From contig OY763926.1 of NCBI GenBank assembly GCA_963667715.1, positions 2,552,609 through 2,616,608 on the forward strand: a stretch of DNA of 64,000 nucleotides, given 5' to 3'. The notes below the pieces were generated by a model that worked only from the letters and a program-made list of their open reading frames with translations, did no database searches and was not told the origin of the DNA. A program made the translations under genes and the position numbers. The DNA is from Sedimentisphaerales bacterium. Its GTDB lineage: Bacteria > Planctomycetota > Phycisphaerae > Sedimentisphaerales > SM23-30. Below are positions 30,486-40,382 of the stretch, one piece after another (within the stretch, counting starts at the first letter, position 1; the number at the start of each line of letters is the position of its first letter).

Positions 30486-32132
30486 CTACCTGAACCATTG
30501 CCTGCATTTGCCGCACATTTCACAGCGATCATAGTCACCGGCTAAATGATCATTTCTTACCTGTTCTACCTGCTGAGAATGCCACAGCTCAATAGCTGTA
30601 CCTGTCACAACATTGCCAATACGCATCTGACCAGCATAATCCTGTCGGCAAAGCACAAGATCTCCATCAGCCAGTATCATCATATCCCTGAACAGGCTAT
30701 TGCATCTGCTCCTGGATGGTGGACACATATTCATTACACTTTTATCTTCACTATAGCCACAATAATAGTCATACCCGAATATTATTGACAACGCCCCGGC
30801 ACGTCTCCACTGATCATAGAAAGGCTCCATATCAGCCAATGTCGATCTGGTCTTGGTCATTGCCGGTACTACGATAGAATCTGTCCCCTTGGCTTTCTCA
30901 ATAAAATAACGTATATTTCCGTTCACCAGTTCAACGCTAAGATCTTCCCTCGCTTTTACCTTTTTGTAGGTACTGTCCTCCCAAGCATCAACCCAAACGG
31001 TAACTACACCAACTCCAGCTTCGATAAGTTTATCTGTCATATCCTTACCAAGCTTAAGGCCGTCAGTTTCAATATTGATTCCATAGACACCGCTGGCTTT
31101 GGCATATTTTACCATCTCGATTATATCGTTATGTGCTAATGGCTCACCAAAACCGCCAATTGTCAGCAATAAATCATCATAGCCACTGAACTGGTTTACG
31201 ATTGATCTGAATTCATCCAGCGACATTTCATCTGCTCGACGAGCAAGAAAACTACGATCTGCCGGGCAGTGCGGGTACCCTGAATATCGAACAGAAGGAC
31301 TGGTAGTTATTTCGATCTCTATCTCTCGAGGACAAACAGAAGCCTTATCAAGAGTAAGGGCATTTGCCTGCTCTGTTATAATCTCAGCTACTAACTCGTC
31401 AATTTCATTGCTTTCAATAAGCTTCTCCAGCAACTGCCAACTACGCCAGTTATCAGCTATGAACCGATTAAAACAATAATAGATTTTCTTGGCAACTTTA
31501 TAAGTGCATTCGTGTACGATCTGATCAGAGTGAGGTGAATTGGGGTCATAAGCAACCAAATTACCAACTGTCATACCGGCTAGATCTATCTCATGTATCA
31601 TATCTAAACGATATATACAACCGCATAAACCCGGAGGTGCCTGACAAAAAACAAACCGCATCTGGTCTTTATTATCTTCATAATGGCGGGCAACATTATC
31701 GATCAGTTCAGGGTCTATCAGAGGTGCGTCAGCCGGACAAACCATAATGACATGATGTTTATTTTCGATACCAAACTGTATCATCTCCCTGCTAACCCGA
31801 TTTTCATCAAATTGACAGAGCTCACCCAAACCGCCACGCCAGCTTTCCAGTGCCCATCTGCGATATTTGATAGCTAGCGACTTGACAGAATCTGAAAGCC
31901 CATGAACAATTATCCGGTCACTATCCGGTACAAAGCTTTTAACACGCCCCTGCTGATCTGCCGGGCAAAAAATAGTCACCAGGTCAAACTCAGTAACTTT
32001 AAGCAGTCTTTCAACTGTTCTGGTTAAAACCGCTATGCCGCAAAGCTCATCAGCTAAACGACTACGCGTACCGATAGCAGACTCTTCCAGATCAGCATAC
32101 AGCCATATTGCTTTTTTCGGTTGAATTTCCAT
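30486..32132 (-). CDS. Fusion protein: nucleotidyltransferase-like (GT-A fold) N-domain plus radical-SAM/SPASM-like C-domain with an apparently degenerate CxxxCxxC site
   Basis: The N-terminal half carries VMVCPADAPLIDPELIDNV (MobA/SpsF-like). The C-terminal half carries LLLTIGGFGEPLAH (GGEP-type SAM motif), INIETDG, and the terminal Cys cluster CPPSRSRC...GDLVLC...CEMCGKC (SPASM/twitch-like). The position expected for CxxxCxxC reads IEITTSPSVRYSGYPHC. Confidence 0.55.
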   Translation of the reverse strand: MEIQPKKAIWLYADLEESAIGTRSRLADELCGIAVLTRTVERLLKVTEFDLVTIFCPADQQGRVKSFVPDSDRIIVHGLSDSVKSLAIKYRRWALESWRGGLGELCQFDENRVSREMIQFGIENKHHVIMVCPADAPLIDPELIDNVARHYEDNKDQMRFVFCQAPPGLCGCIYRLDMIHEIDLAGMTVGNLVAYDPNSPHSDQIVHECTYKVAKKIYYCFNRFIADNWRSWQLLEKLIESNEIDELVAEIITEQANALTLDKASVCPREIEIEITTSPSVRYSGYPHCPADRSFLARRADEMSLDEFRSIVNQFSGYDDLLLTIGGFGEPLAHNDIIEMVKYAKASGVYGINIETDGLKLGKDMTDKLIEAGVGVVTVWVDAWEDSTYKKVKAREDLSVELVNGNIRYFIEKAKGTDSIVVPAMTKTRSTLADMEPFYDQWRRAGALSIIFGYDYYCGYSEDKSVMNMCPPSRSRCNSLFRDMMILADGDLVLCRQDYAGQMRIGNVVTGTAIELWHSQQVEQVRNDHLAGDYDRCEMCGKCRQWFR

Positions 32133-32158
32133 TAAATAATTCTTTTATCAGATATTAG

Positions 32159-33091
32159 TCAGCTTGGATTTATTATATCTTTCATTACCCTATCAGCCAC
32201 ACCTTCAGCGGTATCATCCTCGGCGAGGTCAAGCCACTGCACACCCTGAAAACCTCTATACCAGGTTCGCTGATGTTTGGCAAATCTGCGGGTATTTATT
32301 TTTATCTTCTCTATCGCCTGATCCAGCGTCCATTCGCCATTGAAATATTTGATTATCTCGGCATAACCTACAGCTTGTGCCGCCTGATCGCTTAATCCTC
32401 GCGGATCATCAACCAGCCGTCTCACTTCGTCAACGAGGCCATCGGCTACCATTTTCTTTACCCTGGCATTCATACGTCGATTGCCTTCATCTTTTTCTCT
32501 GGCCAGCCCGATAAGCTTCCATGGATAACGCAAATTCCCGCTTCTAAATTGATTCTGGAAAGATGAGATGGGTTTACCGGTCAGCTCGAACACCTCAAGT
32601 GCCCGAACCAGCCTTTTCATATCATTACTGTGAATACGACCGGCGGCCTCTGGATCTACCTCGCTCAGACGGCTATGCAGAACCATGCTGCCTTCTTCTG
32701 AAGCCTGTTTCTCCAGCTTTGCCCGAAGCTCAGCATTGGTCGGAGGGCCATCAAAAATACCTTCCATCAAGGCTCTGATATACATTGCTGTGCCGCCAGC
32801 TGCGATAATCGGCCGCCCTTCTTTACGCAATCTATCGATCACGGGCTCTGCCATTTCCATAAACACGCCCATGCCAAAATAATCCCACGGCTCTACAACA
32901 TCGATCATATGATGTTTTACCACTTCGAGCTTATCGGCGGAGGGCTTGGCGGTACCAATATCCATACGCTTATAAACCTTCATGGAGTCGATACTTATGA
33001 TCTCTCCATCAAGTCTTTTAGCTAGTTCGAATGCCAACCGACTTTTGCCGCCGGCGGTACAGCCCATTATCAAGTACATTTGTTCGCTCAT
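32159..33091 (-). CDS. miaA: tRNA dimethylallyltransferase
   Basis: It has the P-loop GCTAGGKS, then SIDSMKVYKRMDIGTAKP and the later MiaA-typical YAKRQ-like FAKHQRTW segment. The length is 310 aa. Confidence 0.9.
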   Translation of the reverse strand: MSEQMYLIMGCTAGGKSRLAFELAKRLDGEIISIDSMKVYKRMDIGTAKPSADKLEVVKHHMIDVVEPWDYFGMGVFMEMAEPVIDRLRKEGRPIIAAGGTAMYIRALMEGIFDGPPTNAELRAKLEKQASEEGSMVLHSRLSEVDPEAAGRIHSNDMKRLVRALEVFELTGKPISSFQNQFRSGNLRYPWKLIGLAREKDEGNRRMNARVKKMVADGLVDEVRRLVDDPRGLSDQAAQAVGYAEIIKYFNGEWTLDQAIEKIKINTRRFAKHQRTWYRGFQGVQWLDLAEDDTAEGVADRVMKDIINPS

Positions 33092-33188
33092 AGACGTAAC
33101 AGTATAAACTACCGATACTTATTTTGCAAGCTACAAGCATCGATTAAAGCGGACGACTGAAATGGTGTACAATAAGCCATTTTCCATA

Positions 33189-35186
33189 CTATCGCCCCAG
33201 CCAACCGGGGTACTCATCAGTCAGACCGATCGAATCGACATCAACCTGGTGTATCCCCAGCTCAAAAGCTGGTGAATTTGGCAATAGTGTATAATCATGG
33301 TTAGCCGGATCGGCAAAACAAGGGTCAACCCGCAGACTATGCTGGTCAAATCTCCCGCCCTCAAGCTCCAGCCATTTATTATAGTCGGTCCCTGCCGGGC
33401 TGCCAACTGTAGCAACCTCTCCAGCTGTAGCGTACATAATGTTATTGTCACAATCACTCAACCTGCCCGGGAAATAGTTAACAAAATCATATGCATATAC
33501 GCCATCTGGCTTATCAAGAGCAAAATAGAATATGTTATGGCGATATACATGATGATCACAGCGTTCATCAGCCATATAGAACGACTTTATACCTGCGGTA
33601 CAAAGCTTGCTGCCAATAAGTATATTATTCTCGATACGATTACCGATACCCTTGGCATAAATACACTGATTCTGCCGACTGCCTGCGATATTATAAATAA
33701 TATTATCCGTCACCGTCCAGTAATCAGCCTGATCATCGAGATATATACCGCTCTGAAGACTGAACTGGTCATTACCACTATCGTGAATAAGATTGCAGTG
33801 GATAACATTATCTCTGCCTGGGCCCCAGCTCTCGATCGCACCGGTATCTTGACTGTCCTGATTGACATGGTGTATGTCATTGAAAGCGATATAATTATTC
33901 CTCGCCGGCATAAAATCATAGCGATTTTCCCAGCTCATACCCGGAACCTTGCCCTCAATGGTTTTATACCTCTCACCTTTAACGGTTATCCCATATCGTG
34001 GCATATCGTGAATATGATTATGTACGATATGATTGTACCCGCTATGGCCGGTATACACACCGTTGCCATGGCCCAGCAGTCTGCCGCAATTGTAGATATG
34101 GTTATTATTCACCATATGACGATGACAATTGCTACTGCTGGTACGCCCCCAGCCCTGCAAGCCAATGCCATGAAGGCCGTTATAGCGTATCTCATTATCA
34201 GTAACCGCTATTTCCTGCGTTTGGCGGTGAATGTAGACTCCGGTGCTGGCGGCATTGGCGATCAAGCAGCCGCTAATCGAACAACCTTCCGCAAAGCTGA
34301 TATCAAAAATATTATTCCGGGCTATCGACAGGTCCAGACATTTAAAGTGCAGGTTCCTCACGAGGGCTTTATCTGAGCCTTTTAGTTCGATAAGATTAGC
34401 CGCAGTTGACAATACCAGCTCCGAAGGTTCCTGCTCATCCTCCGGTATATACAAAACCTCACCAGCAAGCCAGTTTACTACACAACTACCAGACTTGAGC
34501 AACTGAGGGATATTATATAGATAATAGCGGTTGCCAGCCCTTATCTCCCTCTCAGGGGTATCAACTATGATTTTATTCGAAGAGATATCAATAGAACTAA
34601 GCTTACAATTTATATTGAACCAGTTCTCGACCGGCCAGTAATTTATCTCGCCGCAACTGACATCCCAGCCTTCCGGAGCAATATCATCGGGTAGAAATTC
34701 AAAGGACAACTTCCCATTGCCCGGCAAGGGCTTACCCATCTCAAAATATCCGCTTTCCGGCAGTCTGGCCTTTACCACTCGCTGACCATCGGCAAAAAGC
34801 TCGCTATCCTGACGGCAGCCGTCGACAGCTATTTTCCTGCCTCTGCCAGTTAGCCGCTGCCCGCCGAACAAATGCGGCATCTCTTGGGCGTAACCGCAAT
34901 AGCTAACCATGCAGCTCTCGCTGCCGCCGTCTGATGGGGCAAAGTTCAAGCCCTCCGGCAAATAATATACACCGCCACGAATATATACATTCACTTCGCG
35001 ACTGACACCCTCAGCAACAGCAGCCTTCACCGCCTGCTGAGCACGCACAATAGTAGCAAAGGGCAAATCAATTGTACCAGCCTGACTGTCACTGCCTACA
35101 GGCGACACATAAAAATCAACACCAGAAACTGCTAAGACATTTATATAAAAAACAACCAACAATGAGAATATAAACCTTTTTTTCAT
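33189..35186 (-). CDS. Secreted right-handed parallel beta-helix repeat protein (pectate-lyase fold; possible polysaccharide lyase or hydrolase)
   Basis: It has a signal peptide, and periodic N/H/G-rich coils (NNHIYNCG, HNHIHDMPRYGI, FNDIHHVNQDSQDTGAIE, CNLIHDSGN, NNILIG) are characteristic of beta-helix repeats. Confidence 0.65.
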   Translation of the reverse strand: MKKRFIFSLLVVFYINVLAVSGVDFYVSPVGSDSQAGTIDLPFATIVRAQQAVKAAVAEGVSREVNVYIRGGVYYLPEGLNFAPSDGGSESCMVSYCGYAQEMPHLFGGQRLTGRGRKIAVDGCRQDSELFADGQRVVKARLPESGYFEMGKPLPGNGKLSFEFLPDDIAPEGWDVSCGEINYWPVENWFNINCKLSSIDISSNKIIVDTPEREIRAGNRYYLYNIPQLLKSGSCVVNWLAGEVLYIPEDEQEPSELVLSTAANLIELKGSDKALVRNLHFKCLDLSIARNNIFDISFAEGCSISGCLIANAASTGVYIHRQTQEIAVTDNEIRYNGLHGIGLQGWGRTSSSNCHRHMVNNNHIYNCGRLLGHGNGVYTGHSGYNHIVHNHIHDMPRYGITVKGERYKTIEGKVPGMSWENRYDFMPARNNYIAFNDIHHVNQDSQDTGAIESWGPGRDNVIHCNLIHDSGNDQFSLQSGIYLDDQADYWTVTDNIIYNIAGSRQNQCIYAKGIGNRIENNILIGSKLCTAGIKSFYMADERCDHHVYRHNIFYFALDKPDGVYAYDFVNYFPGRLSDCDNNIMYATAGEVATVGSPAGTDYNKWLELEGGRFDQHSLRVDPCFADPANHDYTLLPNSPAFELGIHQVDVDSIGLTDEYPGWLGR

Positions 35187-35301
35187 ATACAGCTCACTTA
35201 TACAGTATTAGAAGTTAAGATCATATAAAAGCGATATACCATCCTATTATAACTCAATACTTACAAATAGACAGGCTTTTTCCAAAAGCTGCTACCTAAA
35301 C

Positions 35302-35340
35302 AAAAAAAAGGCTCCCATCGCAATGCTATGGAAGCCTTTT
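35302..35340 (-). terminator. Rho-independent terminator after the GH43 gene
   Basis: On the minus strand the sequence reads AAAAGGCTTCCATAGCATTGCGATGGGAGCC followed by 8 T. The stem is 9 bp with one mismatch. Confidence 0.45.
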
Positions 35341-35360
35341 ACTTTTTACTTTTTTACCTT

Positions 35361-37403
35361 TTACTGACTTTCCTTCCAGCTGAATACTGAGCCATCTAAC
35401 CGGTCTGGTCTTGGTGTGCGGATATCGGCATTGGCCGGGGCCGATTCTGCCTGAGTTATCTGCAGGAACCGGTTCGTTGCCAGCGACATAAGCATAAGGT
35501 CATCACGCTGCATATCTACCCACTGGAAAGTTTCAGGCGTCGATGGTTTACGCTTTACGATAACCACTTCGCCAGCCTTACCTTTGCCGCTAACGGAGAC
35601 ATAGCCGCCGGAGCTGTCCTGCAAGGCTATCCGGCCCTGCCCCATGTCAATAACGGTAAACTCCATACCGAGGAAAGTCGCACAAACGGTACCATTGATA
35701 ACGCCGGCCTTCTTGCCGTCCGCCAGGCTGCTGAGAGTTATCTTCCTGCCGTAAGGTATCGCCCTGGTGAGCCCCCTATCACGCGGCTCATCGACGGTAA
35801 AGCTGTCAAAGTCGGCATATCCGCCGTCTTTACCGTCGGCATTATAGCAGAACAGGCAATAGCGAATACCCTGGAAGGTACGCAGCTGGAAGGCCAGCTT
35901 TATCTCATCTCCGATTCCGGTAAAATACCTGCCGTCAGTGCTATAGCTCATACTGGCGATATCAAGATCGAAATTACACTTCGCACGCAGCCATATCCGG
36001 TCCTTATCGGTTGCAACGGTAAGCTTTTTCGCGTGGAACTGGTCATACTGACTGGTCAGCAGGCCGCTTTCTGTCTTTTCAACTCCCACCCAGTAGAACG
36101 GATAGCTCAGTAAAGCGACGCCGGCGGTATCGCCAACTGCCATGCCGGAAGTTTCAAGTACCGCGGTCCCGGTCGATTCGGGGCCCGCTGCCCGCTGGGT
36201 CAGGCTGTTTCTGGCCCACCAGAAATCATTTGCTCCCATAGCATGCAGCCGCAAAAAGCCCGGCCTTTCGCTCATACTCCATTTATCAGCCACCGGCACA
36301 TGATTCCACTGCCAGATATCGTTAAACTTCTCGCCGCTGAAATCATCACTTCGCTCAAAAAGCGGCTTGGGCTGCTGGAGAAATCCGGTGTCAGGCTTAA
36401 CCCAGACCCGGGGTGTGCGGGTAAGATTATTTTCCAGGCCAAAATACGGCCAGTCGTTCTTCCAGGTTACCGGCGACAGACAGGTCATGCGGCCGATACC
36501 GTTATGGTCCATCATAGAATAGCCCCACCACTGCCCGCTCTGGGTATCGATTATGCCGCCCTGGTGCAGGGTCAGACCTCCGGCATGGTTGACATCCTTC
36601 GGGGCGATCTCGAACTTACCGCCCCCATGATCACGCAGCCTGTAGCTGAGACCGATACCCATACTCTCCTTCTCACTGATAGTTTCTATCTCATATGGCC
36701 CTTCGATATTCCTCGAGCGGGCACACCGCATCGGGGTATGAGCTCCCGGCAGTGCGGTAATAATATAGTACCAGCCGTTTATCTTATACACGTGCAGACC
36801 TTCGCCCATACCAGAGCCGCGGGGGATGATAACCTTTTCGGTGCCCGGCACAACATCGGTCAGCTCCGGGTTTAGCTGCGAAAGCTTCACCTCATCATAG
36901 CTATGTACGGCATATATTTTGCCATCATCATCGAACAGAACCGAAAGATCGTAGAGAGTGGTCTTGAGCCAGTTATGCTTCCACGGCCCGGTCGGGCTAT
37001 CTGAGCGATAGACCTGGGTGCCGTAGCCGTTTATATTTGAGAAGATATAATATTTACCGTCTTTGTACCTTAGCGACGGTGCCCAGATACCCTGACTGTA
37101 TATCTCATCGCCTTCCAAACGAAACTCAGGCGACAGGTCGATGGTATCAAAGGCATAAGTGAGAAACTCCCAATTCACCAGGTCTTTGGAATGAAAGATC
37201 GGCAGCCCCGGCATACACTGATTCGTCGTCGTGGTCAGATAATAATCCTCACCCACCCGGATCATACTCGGATCGGGAAAATCCTCATAAAACAGCGGAT
37301 TGGAGAACGTGCCATTTCCATTATCTGCCGTCCAGGACCCCAAGGCCGCCTGCGACCACATCGCCGCCGCCAGATATAAACCAACAAACAATACTTTCTT
37401 CAT
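35361..37403 (-). CDS. Glycoside hydrolase family 43 enzyme (beta-xylosidase/arabinofuranosidase type) with C-terminal accessory domains
   Basis: It has a signal peptide, the GH43 motifs FPDPSMIRVGEDYYLTTT and GIWAPSLRYKDGKYYIF, a ConA-like GH43_C-type middle domain, and about 130 aa of extra C-terminal sequence. It is noticeably GC-richer than its neighbours. Confidence 0.8.
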   Translation of the reverse strand: MKKVLFVGLYLAAAMWSQAALGSWTADNGNGTFSNPLFYEDFPDPSMIRVGEDYYLTTTTNQCMPGLPIFHSKDLVNWEFLTYAFDTIDLSPEFRLEGDEIYSQGIWAPSLRYKDGKYYIFSNINGYGTQVYRSDSPTGPWKHNWLKTTLYDLSVLFDDDGKIYAVHSYDEVKLSQLNPELTDVVPGTEKVIIPRGSGMGEGLHVYKINGWYYIITALPGAHTPMRCARSRNIEGPYEIETISEKESMGIGLSYRLRDHGGGKFEIAPKDVNHAGGLTLHQGGIIDTQSGQWWGYSMMDHNGIGRMTCLSPVTWKNDWPYFGLENNLTRTPRVWVKPDTGFLQQPKPLFERSDDFSGEKFNDIWQWNHVPVADKWSMSERPGFLRLHAMGANDFWWARNSLTQRAAGPESTGTAVLETSGMAVGDTAGVALLSYPFYWVGVEKTESGLLTSQYDQFHAKKLTVATDKDRIWLRAKCNFDLDIASMSYSTDGRYFTGIGDEIKLAFQLRTFQGIRYCLFCYNADGKDGGYADFDSFTVDEPRDRGLTRAIPYGRKITLSSLADGKKAGVINGTVCATFLGMEFTVIDMGQGRIALQDSSGGYVSVSGKGKAGEVVIVKRKPSTPETFQWVDMQRDDLMLMSLATNRFLQITQAESAPANADIRTPRPDRLDGSVFSWKESQ

Positions 37404-37666
37404 AAGTGCTCACTTTCGTAATCTATAACTAAGTAATACGATTTCATATCATATCCTGAATCACCAGATATATATGTCATTACCAGCCGTTTTTTTTGAA
37501 ACTAAACAATGAAAGTCCATCATATTTGCAAACTAGTACAACAAAGTGTGTGAGTGCACTTAAAGTTTTTTTCACCATGAAGTACTTGCAGATCATGAAG
37601 TTTCTTACGCCGGACGGGCGAAATTTGTTATAGGAACTCCGTACTTTACAAAATCAGGTTTCTGAA

Positions 37667-37694
37667 CCACAGATTAACGCAGATGGACGCAGAT
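37667..37694. repeat. Three heptamer/octamer repeats phased exactly 10 nt apart (CCACAGAT / ACGCAGAT / ACGCAGAT)
   Basis: CAGAT begins at 37670, 37680 and 37690. The repeats lie in a ~140-bp segment of ordinary GC content that also holds a direct repeat of CATGAAGT (37575, 37593), just 3' of the KAP NTPase gene. Confidence 0.5.
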
Positions 37695-37739
37695 TTTTGT
37701 CATTAATTATTAATATTTATTGCAAATATGAAATGAAGA

Positions 37740-40382
37740 CTAATTTTGTTCTTTAACAGTATGTATAAAATCTGCAATTGTTTGTAATTGTTTTTTTGTA
37801 TACTCATTATTGCATTTATCAATAAAGTCTTTTGTATGATCATTTGTAAATAAATCAAACAATTTAAAATAGTGTTTTCCAAAAAAGTCTTTAATACGAT
37901 ACCAATCTAAGATATAAAATTTATCATCCAACTCGATAAATTTATCATCTAAGTGGTTTAATTCATTATAATTTCTTTTTGATTTGAAAATACATCTAAA
38001 TACAATTAAATTAATGAATAAGGGAAGGACACTAATATTATAATAGGCTGTATCAATAAAAGTTTCTAATAAACTGCTAATAGTGTCCATTTTCTCAGAA
38101 GGGAAAGACCTTTCTTCACCTAATAAATATGCATCTAATATTCTATTATAAATATAATACTTATCTAAATTCATTTCTATAGCAGCATAAAGCTTGTCAG
38201 GCTTGCCAATAAAATGAGATTCAATCATTAATTGAAATTTTGGTTTTAATTTATTTATATCATTATTGTTATCAACATTCATTGCACCAACTCGATACAA
38301 TAGTTCCTCAGTTAATAAAAAATCTTTTTCAATATAATTCTCAATAATCTCAAGAAATACATTATCAATTGCACTTTGGATAATTTGTACAGCATTAATG
38401 TACTGCAACCATATGATTTCAATGCAATATGGTGTATTTCTGCTATTTAATCCATTATTGGCTGTTTTATTTCTATCATCATTAAATAAGCTGCATAGTA
38501 ATGATTTAAACAACAATAAATAGTCATTTGAACCATATTCAATATGATAGCTTATAATAATATCATTGTCAAACTTGCCATTCAATAGCAACTCGATAAC
38601 AGATATACTTTGATACTTGATGCCATTATTGTCTTTCCATGATTGTAGTAATTCTATTTGCTGGGAGTCTGGAATATCTTCGTTATAAATAGAATCAAGG
38701 ATATATCGATCCCAATATTTTCTGAAACAAACACCCTGAAAACGTTTTGTATACCGATAATCAAGTTTTTCATCTGTTAATAATTTACTTGCTTCAGGGA
38801 AAAGAAATATCAGATAATCATGCACGATTTCTTCAAAAGAATTTATCCAAGCATATTTTGGAAGAGAGATAACGCTGGAATTAAGTAATCTTTTTGTATA
38901 AGATATTTCATTATTCTCTTTATTTATAATATAATCCTCATTATCTAAACCAGATCTCAGATAATTTATATTATTAACGATAAAATCATGAAGTTGTGGG
39001 ATCGCATATTTAATAGTTTTCAAAACTAATATATCTTCCATGCAAATATCACCTTTAATTCTTTCCCAGCTTTCATAGAAATCCCTTAAAATAGCTTTTA
39101 AAACTCGTGGGGTTCCAATAGTTTTGAATAAATCCAATCCTTGAGGGTATACATTTTCTAATTGTCTTATCTTACCTTCTGCATTTAGCATACCATTATA
39201 ATTAGTAACATCAATACCCTGCATAAAAGTATTAATTAATGAGGCAATTTGTGGTGGGGTTAGATTAACTATATCTTCTCGTGTAAATGCAAGCCTGATA
39301 TCAATTTCATCAATACTAGAATATATAAAAGCAATATTATGTAAATCTTTACATCGGTCTGAAAGTGAAAAGATCATCTCTTTATATTCGTTATCCATCG
39401 AATCTACACGTTCTATATCTTCTATGATAAATATTACTTTGCAATTATTTATAGTAATAGCATCATTGAGTTTTTTTAGAATATCAGATGGTTTTAAAAA
39501 ACTATCAAACAGGTCGAATAGCCCAGCTCCATATTTATTAACACTTGTTATAGCCTGTTTATAAGATTGTGGAACTGAAATTAAACCGGAACAATCAAAA
39601 ATCTTACTTAATTCCTTAATTGCACTTTCCAGAAGAAACTTATCCGGGTTTTCAACCTTACCCCAACCTCTAAATTCACAAAAAATCAAGTGACTAGATT
39701 TATCATCCATTTGAAAATAATTATTATTGATGAATTTCTTGGTTAAATTGATAATACTTGACTTGCCTATGCCATACTCTCCCTTGATAAGCATTGACTT
39801 AAAACTGTTTTGAGTGATTTTAGCTGCAAGTTTCTTTACCATATAATTATAGTCAATTAGATCCTGTTCATAAGTTTCAATAGCCCTTTCATCATTGAGC
39901 CATTTGAATATTTTCTCAGGCGTTATATTTAATTGAATATCAGAAATGGTTGGGCTATTTATGTTTTTATGGGGAAGTAATGTGTATATAAAACCCAAGC
40001 CAAATGTAATCAGAGGAAACAATAGTACATATACAAAACTGCCGACTTCTGAAATAGAAATGACAGATATATTCAATATGGAGTATATCCATATCAGAAT
40101 GAAACTATTGAGAATTCCAACCAGCCAAATCGCAGGGTATCTGTAATTGAACAAATCTCTGAAAATCCTTGCATAATTCAAAGCATAATTATTTTTCAAT
40201 AGTAAAATCATGACAGAAAATAAAAATATCACTAGCACAGATACCGTATAACCATTATCAATTTTACTATATAACTCCAGCCATTTAGGTATTAGCAACT
40301 GAACTAGTAAAAATGATATTGTGAGTGAAAACAAAGAGAGCTTAATTAAATCAAAATATTTATCTCTATTAGCTTTAGCCAT
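37740..40382 (-). CDS. Membrane-anchored KAP-family P-loop NTPase (880 aa)
   Basis: It has four N-terminal hydrophobic helices, Walker A GEYGIGKSS, Walker B-like VIFIIEDIERV, and TPRVLKAILRDF resembling the KAP NPRxxKR motif. I recognise no motif in the ~500-aa C-terminal region. Hand-counted lines give about 22-32% G+C. Confidence 0.7.
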   Translation of the reverse strand: MAKANRDKYFDLIKLSLFSLTISFLLVQLLIPKWLELYSKIDNGYTVSVLVIFLFSVMILLLKNNYALNYARIFRDLFNYRYPAIWLVGILNSFILIWIYSILNISVISISEVGSFVYVLLFPLITFGLGFIYTLLPHKNINSPTISDIQLNITPEKIFKWLNDERAIETYEQDLIDYNYMVKKLAAKITQNSFKSMLIKGEYGIGKSSIINLTKKFINNNYFQMDDKSSHLIFCEFRGWGKVENPDKFLLESAIKELSKIFDCSGLISVPQSYKQAITSVNKYGAGLFDLFDSFLKPSDILKKLNDAITINNCKVIFIIEDIERVDSMDNEYKEMIFSLSDRCKDLHNIAFIYSSIDEIDIRLAFTREDIVNLTPPQIASLINTFMQGIDVTNYNGMLNAEGKIRQLENVYPQGLDLFKTIGTPRVLKAILRDFYESWERIKGDICMEDILVLKTIKYAIPQLHDFIVNNINYLRSGLDNEDYIINKENNEISYTKRLLNSSVISLPKYAWINSFEEIVHDYLIFLFPEASKLLTDEKLDYRYTKRFQGVCFRKYWDRYILDSIYNEDIPDSQQIELLQSWKDNNGIKYQSISVIELLLNGKFDNDIIISYHIEYGSNDYLLLFKSLLCSLFNDDRNKTANNGLNSRNTPYCIEIIWLQYINAVQIIQSAIDNVFLEIIENYIEKDFLLTEELLYRVGAMNVDNNNDINKLKPKFQLMIESHFIGKPDKLYAAIEMNLDKYYIYNRILDAYLLGEERSFPSEKMDTISSLLETFIDTAYYNISVLPLFINLIVFRCIFKSKRNYNELNHLDDKFIELDDKFYILDWYRIKDFFGKHYFKLFDLFTNDHTKDFIDKCNNEYTKKQLQTIADFIHTVKEQN

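Noticed and set aside
33297-34376. A 359-aa plus-strand ORF, the longest ORF not called as a gene.
   Set aside because: It lies entirely antisense to the beta-helix protein gene, which has a signal peptide and clear repeat motifs. Its translation is low-complexity (Ile/Asn/Thr-rich) with no motif. Long stop-free antisense frames are expected opposite N/H/D/I-rich repeat coding sequence.
36243-36875. A 210-aa plus-strand ORF inside the GH43 gene.
   Set aside because: It is antisense to a confidently identified GH43 coding region in a GC-richer stretch where spurious ORFs are common. It has no recognisable motif.
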